Notes: a model not told the origin generated them from the letters alone. A stretch of DNA of 64,000 nucleotides from the human T2T-CHM13v2.0 reference genome, Homo sapiens (GCF_009914755.1 NC_060927.1), one strand, 5' to 3'. Positions 38,991 through 54,722 are shown, numbered from the stretch's first letter. Made by a program: numbers and translations.

Positions 38991-41327
38991 GCCACTCTCA
39001 ATTCAAACATGGGAAGTGTTTGAATTATTCTTATATTCTATATGACTTGAGGCTGTTGAATTGTCTGGTATTTTGGGTCAGATATAAAATATTTTTAAAG
39101 ATTTTGTATTATTGCCATGTAAATAGCAACATGTTTCTCCTTCACTTTGAATACTTAAAATTAGTCTAAAAAAGAAAAACATAAATTTATATTTCCCTTT
39201 TTGTTTATTTTTCTCCATGTTTTCCTTTGTACTTATGCTTGTAAATATTTAAAGACTTTGGTAACTTATGCAGTGTATTTACAAGTTAAAAAATGTGGAG
39301 TGAGACTGATTTTATCTCTCTGATTATGAGTATATACAAATAATTGTTGCATATAGTTATCAATATTTTAAATGAAACTAGATTTTGAAGTCCTTGAGGA
39401 TTATGATGTCTTTCAGTTCAGTGAATTACATTATTTTTACATTTAATTTCAATTTAAATTTAACTGTATACTTTTTATCATCATCCAAGATGATGAGAAG
39501 CTTGTTTGCAAATATGTGCATAAAAGTGATTCATATACTAAATATGAAAAAATTGGAATTTACTTATAAAATCATCATATATGGCAATTAAATTTCTTTT
39601 CAACTGTAGTTGCTTTCAAAGGATCTTTTCTTCCTAGGAATGAAAAAGGTATCATAAACTTCCACTGATAAACATATTGAAAGATAGGTTTCTCCCCAGA
39701 TTATCTCTCCCTTTGTTCTTAGATATTACTGAATATGTATTATCTGAGTAAAAATAAGTTGGACAGAAGGATGATTTTTAAAAAGTCCTTGTAACTCTGC
39801 ATCATGCTCTAGGCTAATACAATTCTTGAAAATTTTCAAGAGAATCTAAGTTTCTTGAAACATCTTCACAGCAAAAACATTATGCACACATTTATGCACA
39901 AGACGAAAGAAAATATTTTTAAATAAACTCATTTTACTTCAAGATTATAACAATAATTAAGAAAATGTCTTTATTCTAACTTTTAACCTGTAAATTTCCA
40001 GAGAATACATTAGTACACTTCACACTGAATCTTAAAATTTAAATGTTTTTACAGTTTTAATTTAATATTTAATCTGTGGAATAAATAATGAATGTACCCT
40101 AACAAAATAACTTGAAAAGTAATATTCTGGAATTAACTACACAAATATATCTAGGCTTATTCTTATGCTTATACTCATTTTTGCCAATTATGCTCTCAAA
40201 CAAAATTCTTACTTGTTAAATTTTATATGAAAAATTATAACTACATAGCTATTATTGACTAAATGTAAAAAATGAAAAGCTGTCCAATTTATCTCACAAA
40301 ATGATATTTTCACATTTTATAATATATGTAAATATGTTTTTAATTCACTGAAACTTTAGTTTAAATAATATTTAAAATTTTTATTTTTGGAAAAATTTGG
40401 CTTTTGCCAAAAATGTTTATGTTGGAACATGAATTATAGAATATGATTGTTAATTTAATTTGATTCACACAGACAATGCAACATTAGTATTAGTATTAGG
40501 AGGACTTATAATTTATAAACTAATTTTATGTGTATTATAACAGCCCCTTTATTTTTACTAAATACTGTTAACACTTAATTCTGAATACTGAATATATCTT
40601 CAGACACTATCATGTTTGTAATATCCTACATTATACTGGTGTATTATTTATTTATTTTGAACTGTTTTCTAATATTATTTAAATTATACTGTATTATTTA
40701 ACTCTGACATGAATATTACCATTATTTAAGAATATAATGATAAGTAAATATACTAACATTAGTGTTCTTTACCCAGACTTTTAAAAAAATAGATATTACT
40801 ACTGATTACTGCATCCCAGCAAATTAAAATGTTACTATATGACAGTATAAAATATTAGATATTCTTAGACCTAGGCAAAAACAGAATTGAACTTTAAGGT
40901 GTTTGAAGAATTTGGAACCTGATTACTTTTATTTTTCAAGAATTTTCTCTACAATTACACTTACTATTTTCAAAGTCAGCAAAAACTTACAATCCAAGAA
41001 AATTGTTTCAGTTTTGCATGTGAGAAACTAGAATTTCCTACAAATGATTACTAGTAGCTTACATGAAAACATCTCTTGCAAACATACAGCCAAAAAATAT
41101 GGCAGCAAATGAACTATATTATATATACTAATTTGTGCTTGATAAATATTTTGTTAATATCATTAAGTCTTCATTCTCATATAATGTAATTGTATCTGTT
41201 TATTAATCATTAAAAATACAATTACTTTGCCCTTAGTTTATTTAGAATGAAGAAAACATAGTTTAGCTGGAAGATTATCAAACAGAATCACTGAAGTGGT
41301 ATGCTGAGTATTTTCCATGTATCCTTT

Positions 41328-41728
41328 GGTACTAGTTTATTCTCACACTGCTATAAATACCTGAGACTGGGTAATTTAAAAAGAAAAGAGGTTTAATTGG
41401 CTCACAGTTTCACAGGCTGTACAGAAAGCATAGCTGTAGAGGCCTCTGGGAGTTTTTACTCATAATGGAAGGCAAAGCCAGAACAGGCATCTTACATGGC
41501 AGGAGCAAGACCAAGAAGAGAGAGAAAGGGGAGGTGCCACATACTTTTAAACAACCAGATCTCGTGAGAACTCACTCACTATGCAGTACTAAGGACGGAA
41601 TGGTGCCAAATCATTCATGAAGCATCCACTCCCATGATCCAATCACCTCCCAATAGGCCCCACCTCCAACATTGGGGATTGCAATTGAACATGAGATTTG
41701 GGTAGAGATACATATCCAAACTGTATTG
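41328..41728 (-). mobile_element. MSTA/MSTB MaLR solo LTR
   Basis: cacaggctgtacagaaagcat, aaacaaccagatctcgtgagaactcact, cccatgatccaatcacctccc; exact TSD ccttt. Confidence 0.92.
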
Positions 41729-42066
41729 CCTTTCAAATCCATGTACTGTTGTTTTCTACAATGTTCTCTACCCTGAGATGCAGACTTTTAGGGACTGATT
41801 TCTTCACCCTGGATTCAGATTAGGTTCAGACAATAAGGAACAGAGCAGATTTGAGGGTGAGAGGACAGTGAGGTTGAGGTTTCATTTGCCAACTCTCTTG
41901 TTGGCAGTAGCTATTTTTTTTCTATTGCAGTTCGAGTATCCATCACATGGCCCTCTCCTACGCATGCAGCTCTCATTTGGAGATTCCAGTTATTTCTATC
42001 ACCCCTTGCCTCTTTATGCATAGGCATGGGCATGGTAATGACTTTCCTTCATTGTGAGTTATTTAG

Positions 42067-42378
<312 letters not shown>

Positions 42379-43771
42379 TATAAATCATTTTTTTACTAAT
42401 ATCGTCTCATAATCTCCAGGGTTCTGTTTCTGTATCACTTAAAATTTATTACTCTTCTTTGCAAATTGCCAGAATCAGATTAGGATTTTGTTCCAGGACC
42501 AATTTAGGAATATTAAACAAATCTCTTTGTTATGTTATTTTTGCCAGAGTTCAGTGCATTAGTCCATTTTCACACTGCTATAAAGAACTGCCGGAGACTA
42601 GGTAATTTATTAAAAAAAAATTTAAATGACTTACAGTTCTCTATGGCTGGAGAGGCCTCAGGAAATGTACAATCATGGTGGAAGGGGAAGGAGGCATGTC
42701 TTACATTGCGGCAGGCAAGAAAGAAATCGTGTAAGAATGAGGAAGTGCCACACTTTAAAACCATCAGCTCTTGTGACAACTCATTCATTATCACAATAAC
42801 AGCGTGGGGGAAACCACTCACCTGTTCCAATCACCTGCCACTAGGTCCTTCCCTTGACAGATGGGGATTGATTACAATTCAAGATGAGATGTAGGTGTGA
42901 ACAAAGAAACAAACCATATTATTCCGCCCCTGGGCCCTCCCAAATCTCATGTCTTTCTCACATTTCAAAACACAATCATGCCTTCCTGACAGTCCCTCAA
43001 AGCCTTAACTCATTCCAGCATTAACTCAAAAGTCCAAATCCAAAGTTTCATCTGAGACAAGGCATGTCCTTTCCATGTATGAGCCTGTACAATCAAAAGC
43101 AATTAATTACTTCCAAGATACAATAGGGGTACAGGCATTGGATAAATGCTCCCATACTAAATAGTAGAAATTGGCCAAAACAAAGGGGCTACAGGCCCCA
43201 TGCAAATCCAAAACCCAGTGGGGCCGTCATCGCAGTCCTTAAATCTCCAAAATAATCTCTTTGACTCCATATCTCACATCCAGGTCATGCTGTTGCAAAA
43301 AGTGGGTTCCCAAGGCCTTGGGCAGCCCCATATACCTGTGGCTTTGCAGGATACAGCTCCTCATCACCCCCTTCCCTGGCTGCTTTCATGGCTGGCATTG
43401 AGTGTCTGCAGCTTTCTCAGGCACACGGTACAAGCTGTTGGTGGATATTCCATTCTGGGGTCTGGAGGACATCAGCCCTCTTATCACAGCTCCACTAGGC
43501 AGTGTCCCAGTGGGGACTCTGTGTGGGGGCTCCAACCCTACGTTTCCCTTCTGTCCTGCCCTAACATAGTTATCCATGAGGGTTCCACCCCTGCAGCTGA
43601 CTTCTGCCTGTACATCCAGGTGTTTCCATACATCCTCTGAAATCTTGGCACAGGTTCCCAAACCTCAGTTCTTGACTTCTGTGCACCCACAGGCCCAAAA
43701 CCACATGGAAGCTACCAAAGCTTGATGCTTGCACCCTCTGAAGCAATGACCTAAGCTGTACCTTTGACCCT

Positions 43772-44218
43772 TTAGGCTGTGGCTAAGACTGGAGTGGCTG
43801 GGAGGCAGGGCATTGAATCCTGGTCCCTGAAACCATTTTTCTCTCCTAGGCCTCCAGGCATATCATGGAAGGAGCCACCACGAAGGTCTCTGACATGCCC
43901 TAGAGATATTTTCCCCATTGTCTCCTCTTTAACATTTGGTTCCTCATTACTTATGCATATTTCTGCAGCTGGCTGAATTTCTTCCAAGAAAAAGATTTTC
44001 TTTTCTACCACATGTTTAGGCTGGAAATTTTCCAAACTTTTATATTCTGCTTCACTTTTAAACAAAAGTTTCTCTTCTACATCTGAGGCCACCTCAGTCT
44101 GGACTTCATTGTCCATATCACTACCGGCATTTTGGTCAAAACCATTCAACAAGTTTCCAGAAAGCCCCAAACTTTTCCACATTTTCCTGTCTTCTCTGAG
44201 CCCTCCAATCCGTTCCAA
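43772..44218 (-). pseudogene. MaLR internal ORF remnant
   Basis: EDRKMWKSL..LLNGFDQNA.SDMDNEVQ.EV.SD matches the recalled THE1/MST internal ORF. Confidence 0.8.
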
Positions 44219-44254
44219 TCTCTGTCCATTACTCAGTTACAAAGTTGTTTCCAC

Positions 44255-44291
<37 letters not shown>

Positions 44292-44460
44292 GAATATATA
44301 CAGTGGAATAAATATATATTTATATATAACATATATAAATATATGTTATATATATAAAATATATAAATATACATATAAAAATATATATTACATATATAAT
44401 ATATGTAATATATATATTATTATAATATTATATTATTGTATATATATAATATATATATAA
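44255..44460 (+). repeat. Degenerate (TA)n / AT-rich expansion
   Basis: About 200 bp of tatata variants inside the THE1 internal sequence. Confidence 0.95.
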
Positions 44461-45929
44461 AGTATCTTTGTAACAGTGTCCCAAACTCCTGGTACCAATT
44501 TTCTGTATTAGTCCATTTTCACACTGCTGTAAAACATGCCCAAGACTGAGTAATTTATAAAGAAAGGAGGTTTAATTGACTCACAGTTATGCATGGCTGG
44601 GGAGGCCTCAGGAAACTTATCATCATGGTGGAAGGAGAAGCAGGCATGTCTTACAAGGTAACAGGAAGGAGAGAGCTAAGGAGAAGAACCCCTTATAAAG
44701 CCATCAGATCTCGTGAGAATTCACTTGCTATCCTGAGAACAGCATGGGGGAAGCCTGCCCATGATCCAGTCACCTTCCACCAAGTTCCTCCTTTGACACA
44801 TGGTGATTACAATTTGAGATGAGATTTTGGTGTGGACACAGAGCAAAATCATATCATTCCGGAAAGAAGAAGATTGTTCCCACTTAATTACATGCAAGTC
44901 TCAATCAGCTGGGTACATTTTAGGTCACTGTGCAATGATTACCTGGCAGTGTTTGCATTGAAAATAGTTAAAACTTCCTAAGCCATAGAACTGTCTAAAC
45001 AGCGTAGAAGACTATAAAGAACCAATATTCCTCTACTTGTGCATAAGAATTGAGTGTTAGCAATGCTCTATGGCACACTACTTATTATGTGAATTGTTTT
45101 AGAGCTGGGAATTCAGCAGTGCATACCCAATAAGAAAATTAAGGGCGTTAAAATACGAAACAGGAAATGGAAAACCAAATTTGTAAGAAAGTCAATTTTA
45201 CGTGTTTTTTGAAATTATATTTCTAAGAAAATTTTGAGGTAGCAAATATTTAGATTTGTTCTGTGCAATAAATCCTGTGTTATTTATGGTAGTGAAACTC
45301 TTGATGTAAGCTTTCTCCCACAGAGGTTTTTATTAAATAATAATTGATTCTTTTAATATTACATATTTACTTTAATATTATCCAGATAATGCCTAGACCT
45401 ATGGGAAAGTGTTCATTGTAGTAATTCTCTATTTTTTAAAATTGGATTCACATCACTATGTGATGAATTAGATATCAACATATCGGCTATGATATCCTAT
45501 CTGTTCTTGGGAAGGTCCTCTCACTGTATAAAAGCAATATTTTCTAGCAGTAAACATCGACTGTGAACCATATCTAGGTTGTAGTCCTTACGGGGAAAGA
45601 AGCCTGAGAGTTGAGCTCCATATTTCCAATAGCATCATTCCCCATGGTCCTCTTCCTGTGTGTACTTTCTAAGCTGGGCCACAGAAAAGTTAACCACCAT
45701 CAGCAAGTAGCTTTTTCACTGACTGGAGGAACCAAAGATTAGGATTCCAATTTGCAAGTCGAATGAGATTGTGAGGTGGATTACATGCAGGAGAGAACCA
45801 CAGAGGAAGCACCCCCAAATATGTACAAACTTCTCCTTGGCCTTAGATGACTCTAAAGTGTAGACAAAGGGTGAGAATCCAGAAAGTCTAGCTTAGAACA
45901 TCGATTTTGGACACGTATTTAAAAAAAGA

Positions 45930-46410
45930 TATACCACACCTTGACACAGAATTTCACTCCTGAGACTGTGTGTATCCTCAGAGTGCAATCGATTACCAAG
46001 AGGTATTTAGAAGAGTGCTCATAAGTGTTTTATTCATAATAGTGGTAATTGGAAATAAGCCACATGTCTACCTTAGTAGAATGATAAATAAATACTATTA
46101 TATTAATATAATTGAACATTACAGACTAATACAGCATTAATCTTACAAATGTAGTAATCGGAGAATAAAATGAATAAAAAGTATCAACTGTATTATATCA
46201 TTTAACTGATGTGCAAGAATAGCTAAAGCTATTGGTGATAGATATCAGAATACTGTTTACTCTTGGTAAATACTGCCCAGAAAAGAAAAAGAAAAACCTC
46301 CAGGGATCAAAAAATATTCATTCTCTTAATTTAGGTGCTGGTTACAGGAATGTATATAATTAAATGTTGTGTGTTTGATTTTATGTGAGTTAAATCTCAA
46401 CAATATTTAG
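45930..46410 (+). mobile_element. L1ME 3'UTR fragment
   Basis: aatttcactcct, tattcataatag...ggaaataagccacatgtc, ttaggtgctggttacagga. Confidence 0.6.
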
Positions 46411-48546
46411 CAACAAAATATACATTTGTTATTTTAGTTATATTTATATACATACAAACACATATATACACATATATATTATTAGGGATATATACATGCA
46501 GATGTACACACATGTATGTAAATCCAATATATAGTATCAGATTACTATAAAACTTAGATAATTTATATTTCATTATATATTATACCTTACATGTAAGCTA
46601 TCATATAAAATCTTATAAATAATTACTCACATACTGAAAAACTATCATGAGAATGATTAAGTTCTTATATCTAAATAGTGAAATTCAAATTCTATTTCCA
46701 TTTCCTAATTTCCTGTATCTATTTTCTCATAATACATTTTAATTCTTGTGTTATCTAAGAAGAAATACACTAGATTTTTCTTAATGTCATTTCACTGTGA
46801 ATTACACATGATGAAATATGCTTAGATCTCCCTTTCTCTCTGACTCCCGCTTCTACTCCCCTGGTCTCTTTCATGGGGCTATTTTGAACCTTGTTGTGAG
46901 TTATCTCCCTGTCCCCATTCTTTTCCCTTCCTAACCTTTTCTACATACAACCATAAGGTTATATATTAATATTCTATTGGTAAGAACAATTCAATAACTC
47001 TTATCTCTTTTGACCGTGTTCAAATACTGCTGAGTGAATTTTAAACTTCAAATAAACTTGCAATGTGTTACCTTTCTAACTATATGTCCTGTTACTTTAT
47101 AACAGAAACATGTTCCAGCCAGAGGCTATGACTTTCTTCATGTCAAGTCATCCAGTTTTTAAGTAATCCAGCCAAATCTAACCAACTAAAATTGATATTT
47201 TTTCTTCTAATATCCTTCAACCTTTCTTCTCTGTGAAACCTAAATCTGAAACTATCATGTTATTACTTAACTGGTTGTATATTTATCTCATCTTCTTAGT
47301 AAACTTGTAAAATCTTATGCTCAAAGGAAATGTAACATATTTACTTCCTGCTATTGTAGAAAGTTTGGCATTTAGCTATCTCTTTAATACTTAGAGATAC
47401 TAGAATTTAGTATTCCATAATACTATTTTTCAAAATGTAGATTGAGAAAAGATTCCAAGCTTATACATGTGTCCCTTCACTTTGTATCTCAAATGCAAAA
47501 TAGAACCAAATGGTTGGATAGTTGATCGGGGATCATGACAATTTATTCACCAGAGCTAGGCTGATTTTCTCTTCTTTGAAGATGCAGTGGCAAAGGTTTT
47601 TGTAAGACAGAATGAACAGTACGAGAAAGATATTTGCTTAAATAGAATATGTTTTATGACATTCTAAGACTCTGAAACATTCATTGCTTGAAATATATTT
47701 TTAGAGGACATGGTCTTGGAGAATATTATCTATATCCCTCAGGTAGTTTCATACTTGCAAGACATGTCTTCACTTCTATTAAAAATACACTTAAATACTC
47801 TTTAGATAAGTTAGTATGCTTCTTCATTTTTTAAAATTTTTCTTCTTGTTGCAATTTCAATTCTTTCTCCAAAACAATGATTTTATTTTAAATTTTTCTT
47901 CTCTTTTATGATATAGTCTTGATAGAGGCATTCCTCACTTAAAGAGATGGGAGAAAACTGAAATCTTCCTGGGATTCTATGTCAAAGATTGCACAATTTA
48001 GTAATGTCTGGTATATAACTTAAGTAGTCCATCATTACAACTATAAATTATTTTTGTGACAATTAGAGAAAATGTGTTGCAATGTGTTTTCTGTTTTTAA
48101 AATATGGAGAAAAATGTGCTAAAATTTGGCTTCTGCTCTCATAGAAAAACAAGCATTCATAGGCAGCTCTTTCCTTTCTTTACGATTGCTTTTCATATTA
48201 GCCACACTCTTGAACATGCACATCAACATCCATATGCCAGTTTTTTAATAATTGACTTAATTTTTATCATCAGTTAATAAATTATTATAAGAGATTACAC
48301 ATTGGTAATGCCTACTAGTTGTTTCCTTTTCTCATTAATTCTATTTCGTAGTCAAAATTTTAAGCCTTGACAACTTTGCATAAGAGCAAAAGGATTGTCC
48401 TATAGAATGTTTTAAGTTTCAAAATGCTTACAAGACCATAAAATTATTTGTCTTTAAAATAATGAATATGTTATTTCATCCTTTAGAAAAATAATAATAA
48501 TTTTATATAAAAGTGCTCTAAGAACTAACATGTGAAGGGTAACAAA

Positions 48547-48604
48547 TCATCTATCTATCTATTTATCTGTCAATCATCTATCTATCTATCTATCATCGAT
48601 CTAT
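48547..48604 (+). repeat. Imperfect (TCTA)n microsatellite
   Basis: tcatctatctatct...tctatctatctatc. Confidence 0.9.
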
Positions 48605-48617
48605 ATAATTTAGCAGG

Positions 48618-49304
<687 letters not shown>

Positions 49305-49544
49305 CAGGATAATTGGATAGAATTCCAAAGACAAGTATAAACAGTTCCTACTTATACAATCCCTGACAATTTCTGGCACACTGATCTCAGTCATACATAT
49401 CACTACGATAGCTTTTCTAAAGTATTTATTGTTGTTATTATTACTGCTTATCAATATTAATATAGATGCAATTTAATATAGTTTAAAAAATAATTATTTA
49501 GGATTTAGAACAATCCTGGCAATACTTTAACATTGTTTTAACTT

Positions 49545-49785
49545 GTTTAAATTAGCAGACTAATCTATAGTGACAAAAAGTGGTTGCGTGGGGATTGGGC
49601 AAAGGGCAGAGAGGAACAAGAGGAAAAGTTTACAAAGGGGCAAGGGAAAACTTTTTGGAGTGATGGATATGTTCGTTACCTTGATTTTGGTGACCATTTC
49701 TACAGGTTTATACACATGTCAAACTTATACTATGGCATACTTTAAATATGGAGCAACTTTAATCACACTTGAACATTTTAATTAG
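49545..49785 (+). mobile_element. L1ME 3' end fragment
   Basis: ctaatctatagtgacaaaaag...aactttttggagtgatggatatgttcgttaccttgatt. Confidence 0.75.
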
Positions 49786-51219
49786 TCTTTCAATTATTCA
49801 AAAGATTCTGGCAATTATATGGCCATAATGGTTAGGAAAGTATGGGGATTGCCACGCAATTCAGTATATCAGAAACATTATGTAATCTTTAAACAAATTT
49901 TTGGGTTAAAGTAATAGTATAATAGTTTTATTTGAATAACATTGTGAGATTATTAAATAATCAGCTAAGACGTACTTTCTAAATTACTTCCAATACAAAA
50001 GTTAAACCCTATCACATCAACTATCTAAATATTTTTTTCGATTATTAAGGTAGTATAATTGCTTTTAAATTGACAAATCCATAACAAAAATAATCCAATG
50101 GTTTACTGGTTTATCTTTTAAATCTTTTTTTAATATTAATATGTCTGTTTTATGGTAGATGAGTCAATTAAAAAGGTTGTTGACACTAGGTCACGATATA
50201 GATATAGTATTTTACATTTTAACATACTTAGATCAAAGTCTGTTTGATTTAGGGGTAGATAACTTCTTTCAATTTCATTTGAAAACAATCTAACTTATTT
50301 GTGACCCAAAGCATTTTGGGGAGTAGAAACATGACAGACCTAACCGTACAGAGCTGCATTGTACTCAGTTAAGCTAAGACCCTCCAAAGATCTTGCTACT
50401 GTGGGCAGTTCTGCACTTCCTGGTAGTTAATATTTCATACCTACTACAACACAGCCTGGAAACCTCAGGATGATCTGGGCAATTATGTTAAAAGGACAAA
50501 TAGCTTACCACACTCATTAAATTTCTGTGTCTTTAATACATTGAATTCTCCCAAAGAGCTGGCTGTGACAAGAATTCAATCCTAAGCTGCTATGTTAAGA
50601 AGTCTGTTTCAATACTATTATAACCACCCTCCTGGCTAAAATTAACATGGCTTTCTAACACAAATTTCTTAGAAATATGAAAAAAACAGTAATCAATGAT
50701 CAGTGATCTATTTATTCTGTTTTACTAAATTTATTTACTTTGCCCTACCAAGGGCATACATTTTAGATATAGTCAGAAACATCAGGAATAGCAATTCAAA
50801 TATGTATAACTACTCCACATTTAAACTATATCATTTGTATAATTAGCCTAAAATTTAGGGATGATTATTTTCAGGTGTATTGTAAAATTTTCAGGTCTAG
50901 TAATTCATAAATAAGAATGAAAGTGTCTAAGGAAGAAAATATAGTTTTTTATTCCCCCATCCCAAAAAAGTGAAACTTTGAAGCACTGCAGAGCTATGAG
51001 GTTCTTATCCTCACTGTATGGCCACAGGATGATGGGTTGGAACCTTTAATGGCTGCCAACTAACAATATCTAGTGCAGATTTCAACATTTTTATTTCCTC
51101 ACAAGTGATATGGGTTTTTGTGCCCAGACTTCTTCATAGTGGAGTCCCCATGCTCAGCTAATGGTAATTCCCGGAACTCCACCTAATGTTATTTCATCAA
51201 GAAACAGACCTATTATGAA

Positions 51220-51520
51220 TTTTTTTTTTTTTTTTGAGATGGAGTCTTGCTCTGTCACCTAGGCTGAAGTACAGTGGCACCATCTCGGCTCACTCTAACC
51301 TCTGCTTCCCGGGCTCAAGCAATACTCCTGCCTCAGCCTCCAGAGTAGCTGGGACTACAGGCGCCCGCCACTACACCTGGCTAATTTTTGTGTTTTTAGT
51401 AGAGATGAAGTTTCACCATGTTGGCCAGGCTGGTCTTGAACTCCTGACCTCAGGTGATCTGCCCACCTTGGCCTCACCAAGTGCTGGGGGGATTACAGGT
51501 ATAAGCCACCACGCCCGGCC
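51220..51520 (-). mobile_element. AluSx-like
   Basis: Full dimer with poly-T. Confidence 0.95.
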
Positions 51521-51522
51521 AA

Positions 51523-51822
51523 TTTTTGTTCTTTTTTTTTTGAGATGGCACCTTGCTCTATTGCCCAGGCTGGAGTGTAGTGGCGTGATCTTGGCTCACT
51601 GCAACCTCCGCCTCCTTGGTTCAAGAGATTTTCCTGCCTCAGCCTCCCGAGTAGCTGGGATTACATGCACCCACCACTACACCCAGCTAATTTTTGTATT
51701 TTTAGTAGAGAAAGGGTTTCACCATGTTGGCCAGGCTGGTCTCAAACTCCTGACCTCTGGTGATTGGCCCATCTCAGCCTCCCGATGTTCTGGGATTACA
51801 GTCATGAGCCACTGCGCCTGGC
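51523..51822 (-). mobile_element. AluSx-like, in tandem with the previous Alu
   Basis: Full dimer. Confidence 0.95.
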
Positions 51823-52699
51823 GATGAAATTAAAAAAAAGAAAAGTTTTTATGTGCCCATTGATATGACTAAAGATTTATGTTTTTCAACTCAATTTGAG
51901 TAGGTTCCATAACTCTACACCCTTTAGAGTTGTTTATTGCCCTACTGAAGACCACCATCTTCATATCCAGGCAGATGGATGAGCCTCCTAAGCTATAGAA
52001 GAAAAAGAGAACACCATGCACATGTTGTCATTATCACATTCCATCAGTTCTAATTCTAAAGTTATCCGTAATAATACTATGTATAATTGTCAGCTCAGCT
52101 CAGTTACATTGCAGCAAACAATGAGGCATTTCATTTTTTATTCCAGCTAGTCCCATTACCTGTATACTGGATTCTTTCCCTTTTGCCTTTCTTAAATCTG
52201 TTTTTGAAATTATTTTCAATTTTACATCTTTTTCCTTTGACTTATCTTAAGTTTGCAACATTTTACAGCCTCTTCTAACTAGTAAATAAATAAGTAAACA
52301 AATAAATAAATAGAATCCCACTGCTTCACCAATCACTCAAGTAATGTTGCTGTATCTTCCTTTTTTCCCTTCCACTGCTACATTTTCTGAAATAATAATG
52401 TTCTTTAATCTCCATTCTTCAGTGTGATTCAATCTTATTTCTTCTTTCAAAACACCGTGTTAGGTATTCGATGTTGGATTCATTAGACCAAATTATTACA
52501 ATTTTCTACCGTAATAAGTAAATACTGTTTACTACTTCAATTTTGTCTTCTATTAATTTTTCAGAATCTTGTCTTTTCTATTCTCCATCTTCTGCCATGT
52601 CTCTGATTGTTGCATGTCACCCTGTACCAGCCTTTAATGTTAACATGAACTCTTTTAATACAAGGCCTTCTTCTAGTAATCCCTGTATAGATGTACTCA

Positions 52700-52845
52700 A
52701 GACATTTCATTGTAAAATTTAAGATAGAAAACATTGTCAGTTTTCCTGGTTGTAAGTGAATGAGCATGACTGTGTCCCAATAAAACTTTATTCACAATTT
52801 GGCAGTAGGCCCAATTTGTACCAGGTGTCAGTTTGCTGACTCCTG
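52700..52845 (+). mobile_element. MER58A-like hAT-Charlie MITE (inside a degenerate L2)
   Basis: gactgtgtcccaataaaactttattcaca...gtttgctgactcctg. Confidence 0.75.
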
Positions 52846-53459
52846 CTCTATCACATCACCAGATGGTTTCTTTATCCATGCCTGTGGTAGCCACTGCCTA
52901 TTATAAAATGATGACATCCATATATTTCTTCTATCTAACATTTTCTGTCAGCTTCACACATATTTTTAGCAACAGATTGAACAATTCCAGATGTTATATT
53001 TCATAAACACAAATTTTTTTAACATGGCACAAAATCAAAAATTCTTTATATGCAACTCATGTTGTCCTTGCTGTCCAGTAAACTCATAATTACTATTCAG
53101 AAGCAACCTAAATTATATCTACTATATACAGCTATTCCTTACCTCTGTTGTTAAAAGTAATTATTTTTGTGTGTTTTCCTTTAATATTATGTTAATGCTA
53201 GTATTATAAAACTTTAAAAAATGCATTACAACTTAGAGGGCTCTATTTCCCATTGAGGTTCTTTCTCATTAAAGACAAAAAGAAAGCTTTATTTTCTTTT
53301 ATTTATTAGCAACTAATATAGTTTCATTATTCCACAGTTAACTCAAAAATATTATGAAATCTATTAATATAAATGTGAAATACAAGTATATTTTTCTGAG
53401 AATACGAATCTGTTTCAACACTAGTATAATCTGAGAATGTCAAGAATGTTGGTGTGGTT

Positions 53460-53830
53460 CACTCAGAGTGGATTAACTGCTGTAATAATTTAAAAATTCC
53501 ACTTCTTTGCCACCGGAAAGCTTATATTTTTCCAATACAACCATCTAATATGCATAGGACAGCTCTACTCCTTCCAGTTATTCAAGAACTCAGGCTCCTG
53601 TATCTCATTACTCTGCTCTTGTCTTGATCCTAGAGAGCTCTGCATTCAGCCAGCAGATGGAGAAGCAATATGAGGATCACACTTAGGAGATATATATACG
53701 TCAGGCTGAAAGAGGGTACCTGTCATTTCTGCACAGTTTCCAATGGACAGTCCTCACTGACATACCCACAATTAAACACAAGGGATTACACAGCAAACAA
53801 ACAAAAGCCAGCTGTTAACCAGGAGAACAA
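53460..53830 (-). mobile_element. Old MLT1 (J/K-like) LTR
   Basis: cagttattcaagaactcaggctcc, tgcattcagccagcagatgg, tcatttctgcacagtttccaatggacag. Confidence 0.6.
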
Positions 53831-54344
53831 GTATAACACAAATATTAAAGAGAAATAGTAATTTCTGTCATGGCTGTATTTTTTTTCAGGTTTTCTTTCT
53901 TTTTTATTTTCTTCTACTTTGCTTGTTTTCTTCATTTTTTTTTCTGTTTTTTTCTCTTCAATAAAAAACATTTTATGTGAGTTGCGAGGCTACAAGTTTT
54001 CTCCAGGACAGGGAGGAAACGATTTTTTTAAGTGCCTCTAACTTCCACGATGACTTTTATTAACTACCATCATCTCTTATACCATCCTCCGTGATGTAAA
54101 AAAGATGCTAAGAAATTGACAAAATGTACACACCAAGAATTTTAAAATGTAGTTTGCTGGATTCTAGGAATTTTTTTTACCATTGTATATATCTTGCTTC
54201 TTGTAGTAAGACTATCAGTATTTTCCATATTGAACACTTTTGTGTAGATGATCAGTTCTGTGGATTGTGCATAGCAATGTTTAAAAATTGTATTTGGGGT
54301 CTTCAGAGATTACACAGAATGTAACATTTTCACCACGTACTTTC

Positions 54345-54722
54345 TGTCTTAATCTGTTTGTGCCGCTATAACAAAATACCAGAGACTGTGATTTATAAGC
54401 AAGAAAAATATTGTTTCCTGCAGTTCTGGAGGCTGGGACTCCTAGGAAAGTGTCAACAGGTTCAGTATGGTTCTGCTTCCAAGATCATGCCTCATTGCTG
54501 CGTTCTCCAGAGAAAATGAGTGCTGTGACTTCACATGACGGAAAGGCAAAAGAGTGTTCCCTTCAACCTCTAGCTTTTGTATTTGGGTGCTAATCCCATT
54601 CAAGAGGGCTCTACTCTTACGACTTAATCACCTTCCAAAGGCCACACCTTTTAATACTTTTGCATAGAGAACTAAGTTTCAACATGAATGTGGGAGCCGA
54701 CACCATCATTCAAACCGTAGCA
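54345..54722 (-). mobile_element. MLT1A-like solo LTR
   Basis: tgtcttaatctgtttgtgccgctataacaaaatacc...cagttctggaggctggga...ctgcttccaagat...cattcaaaccgtagca. Confidence 0.85.

Larger units (their letters stand above)
42555..44856 (-). mobile_element. THE1D-like MaLR with two LTRs (44504-44856 and 42555-42921) and internal region
   Basis: Both LTRs start tg(c/t)attagtccattttcacactgct. The internal region has caaagtttcatctgagacaaggca and ggtaccaattttc. Flanks ttcag/ttccg. Confidence 0.93.

Noticed and set aside
51234-51827. 197-aa ORF
   Set aside because: Standard antisense Alu translation across two tandem Alus.
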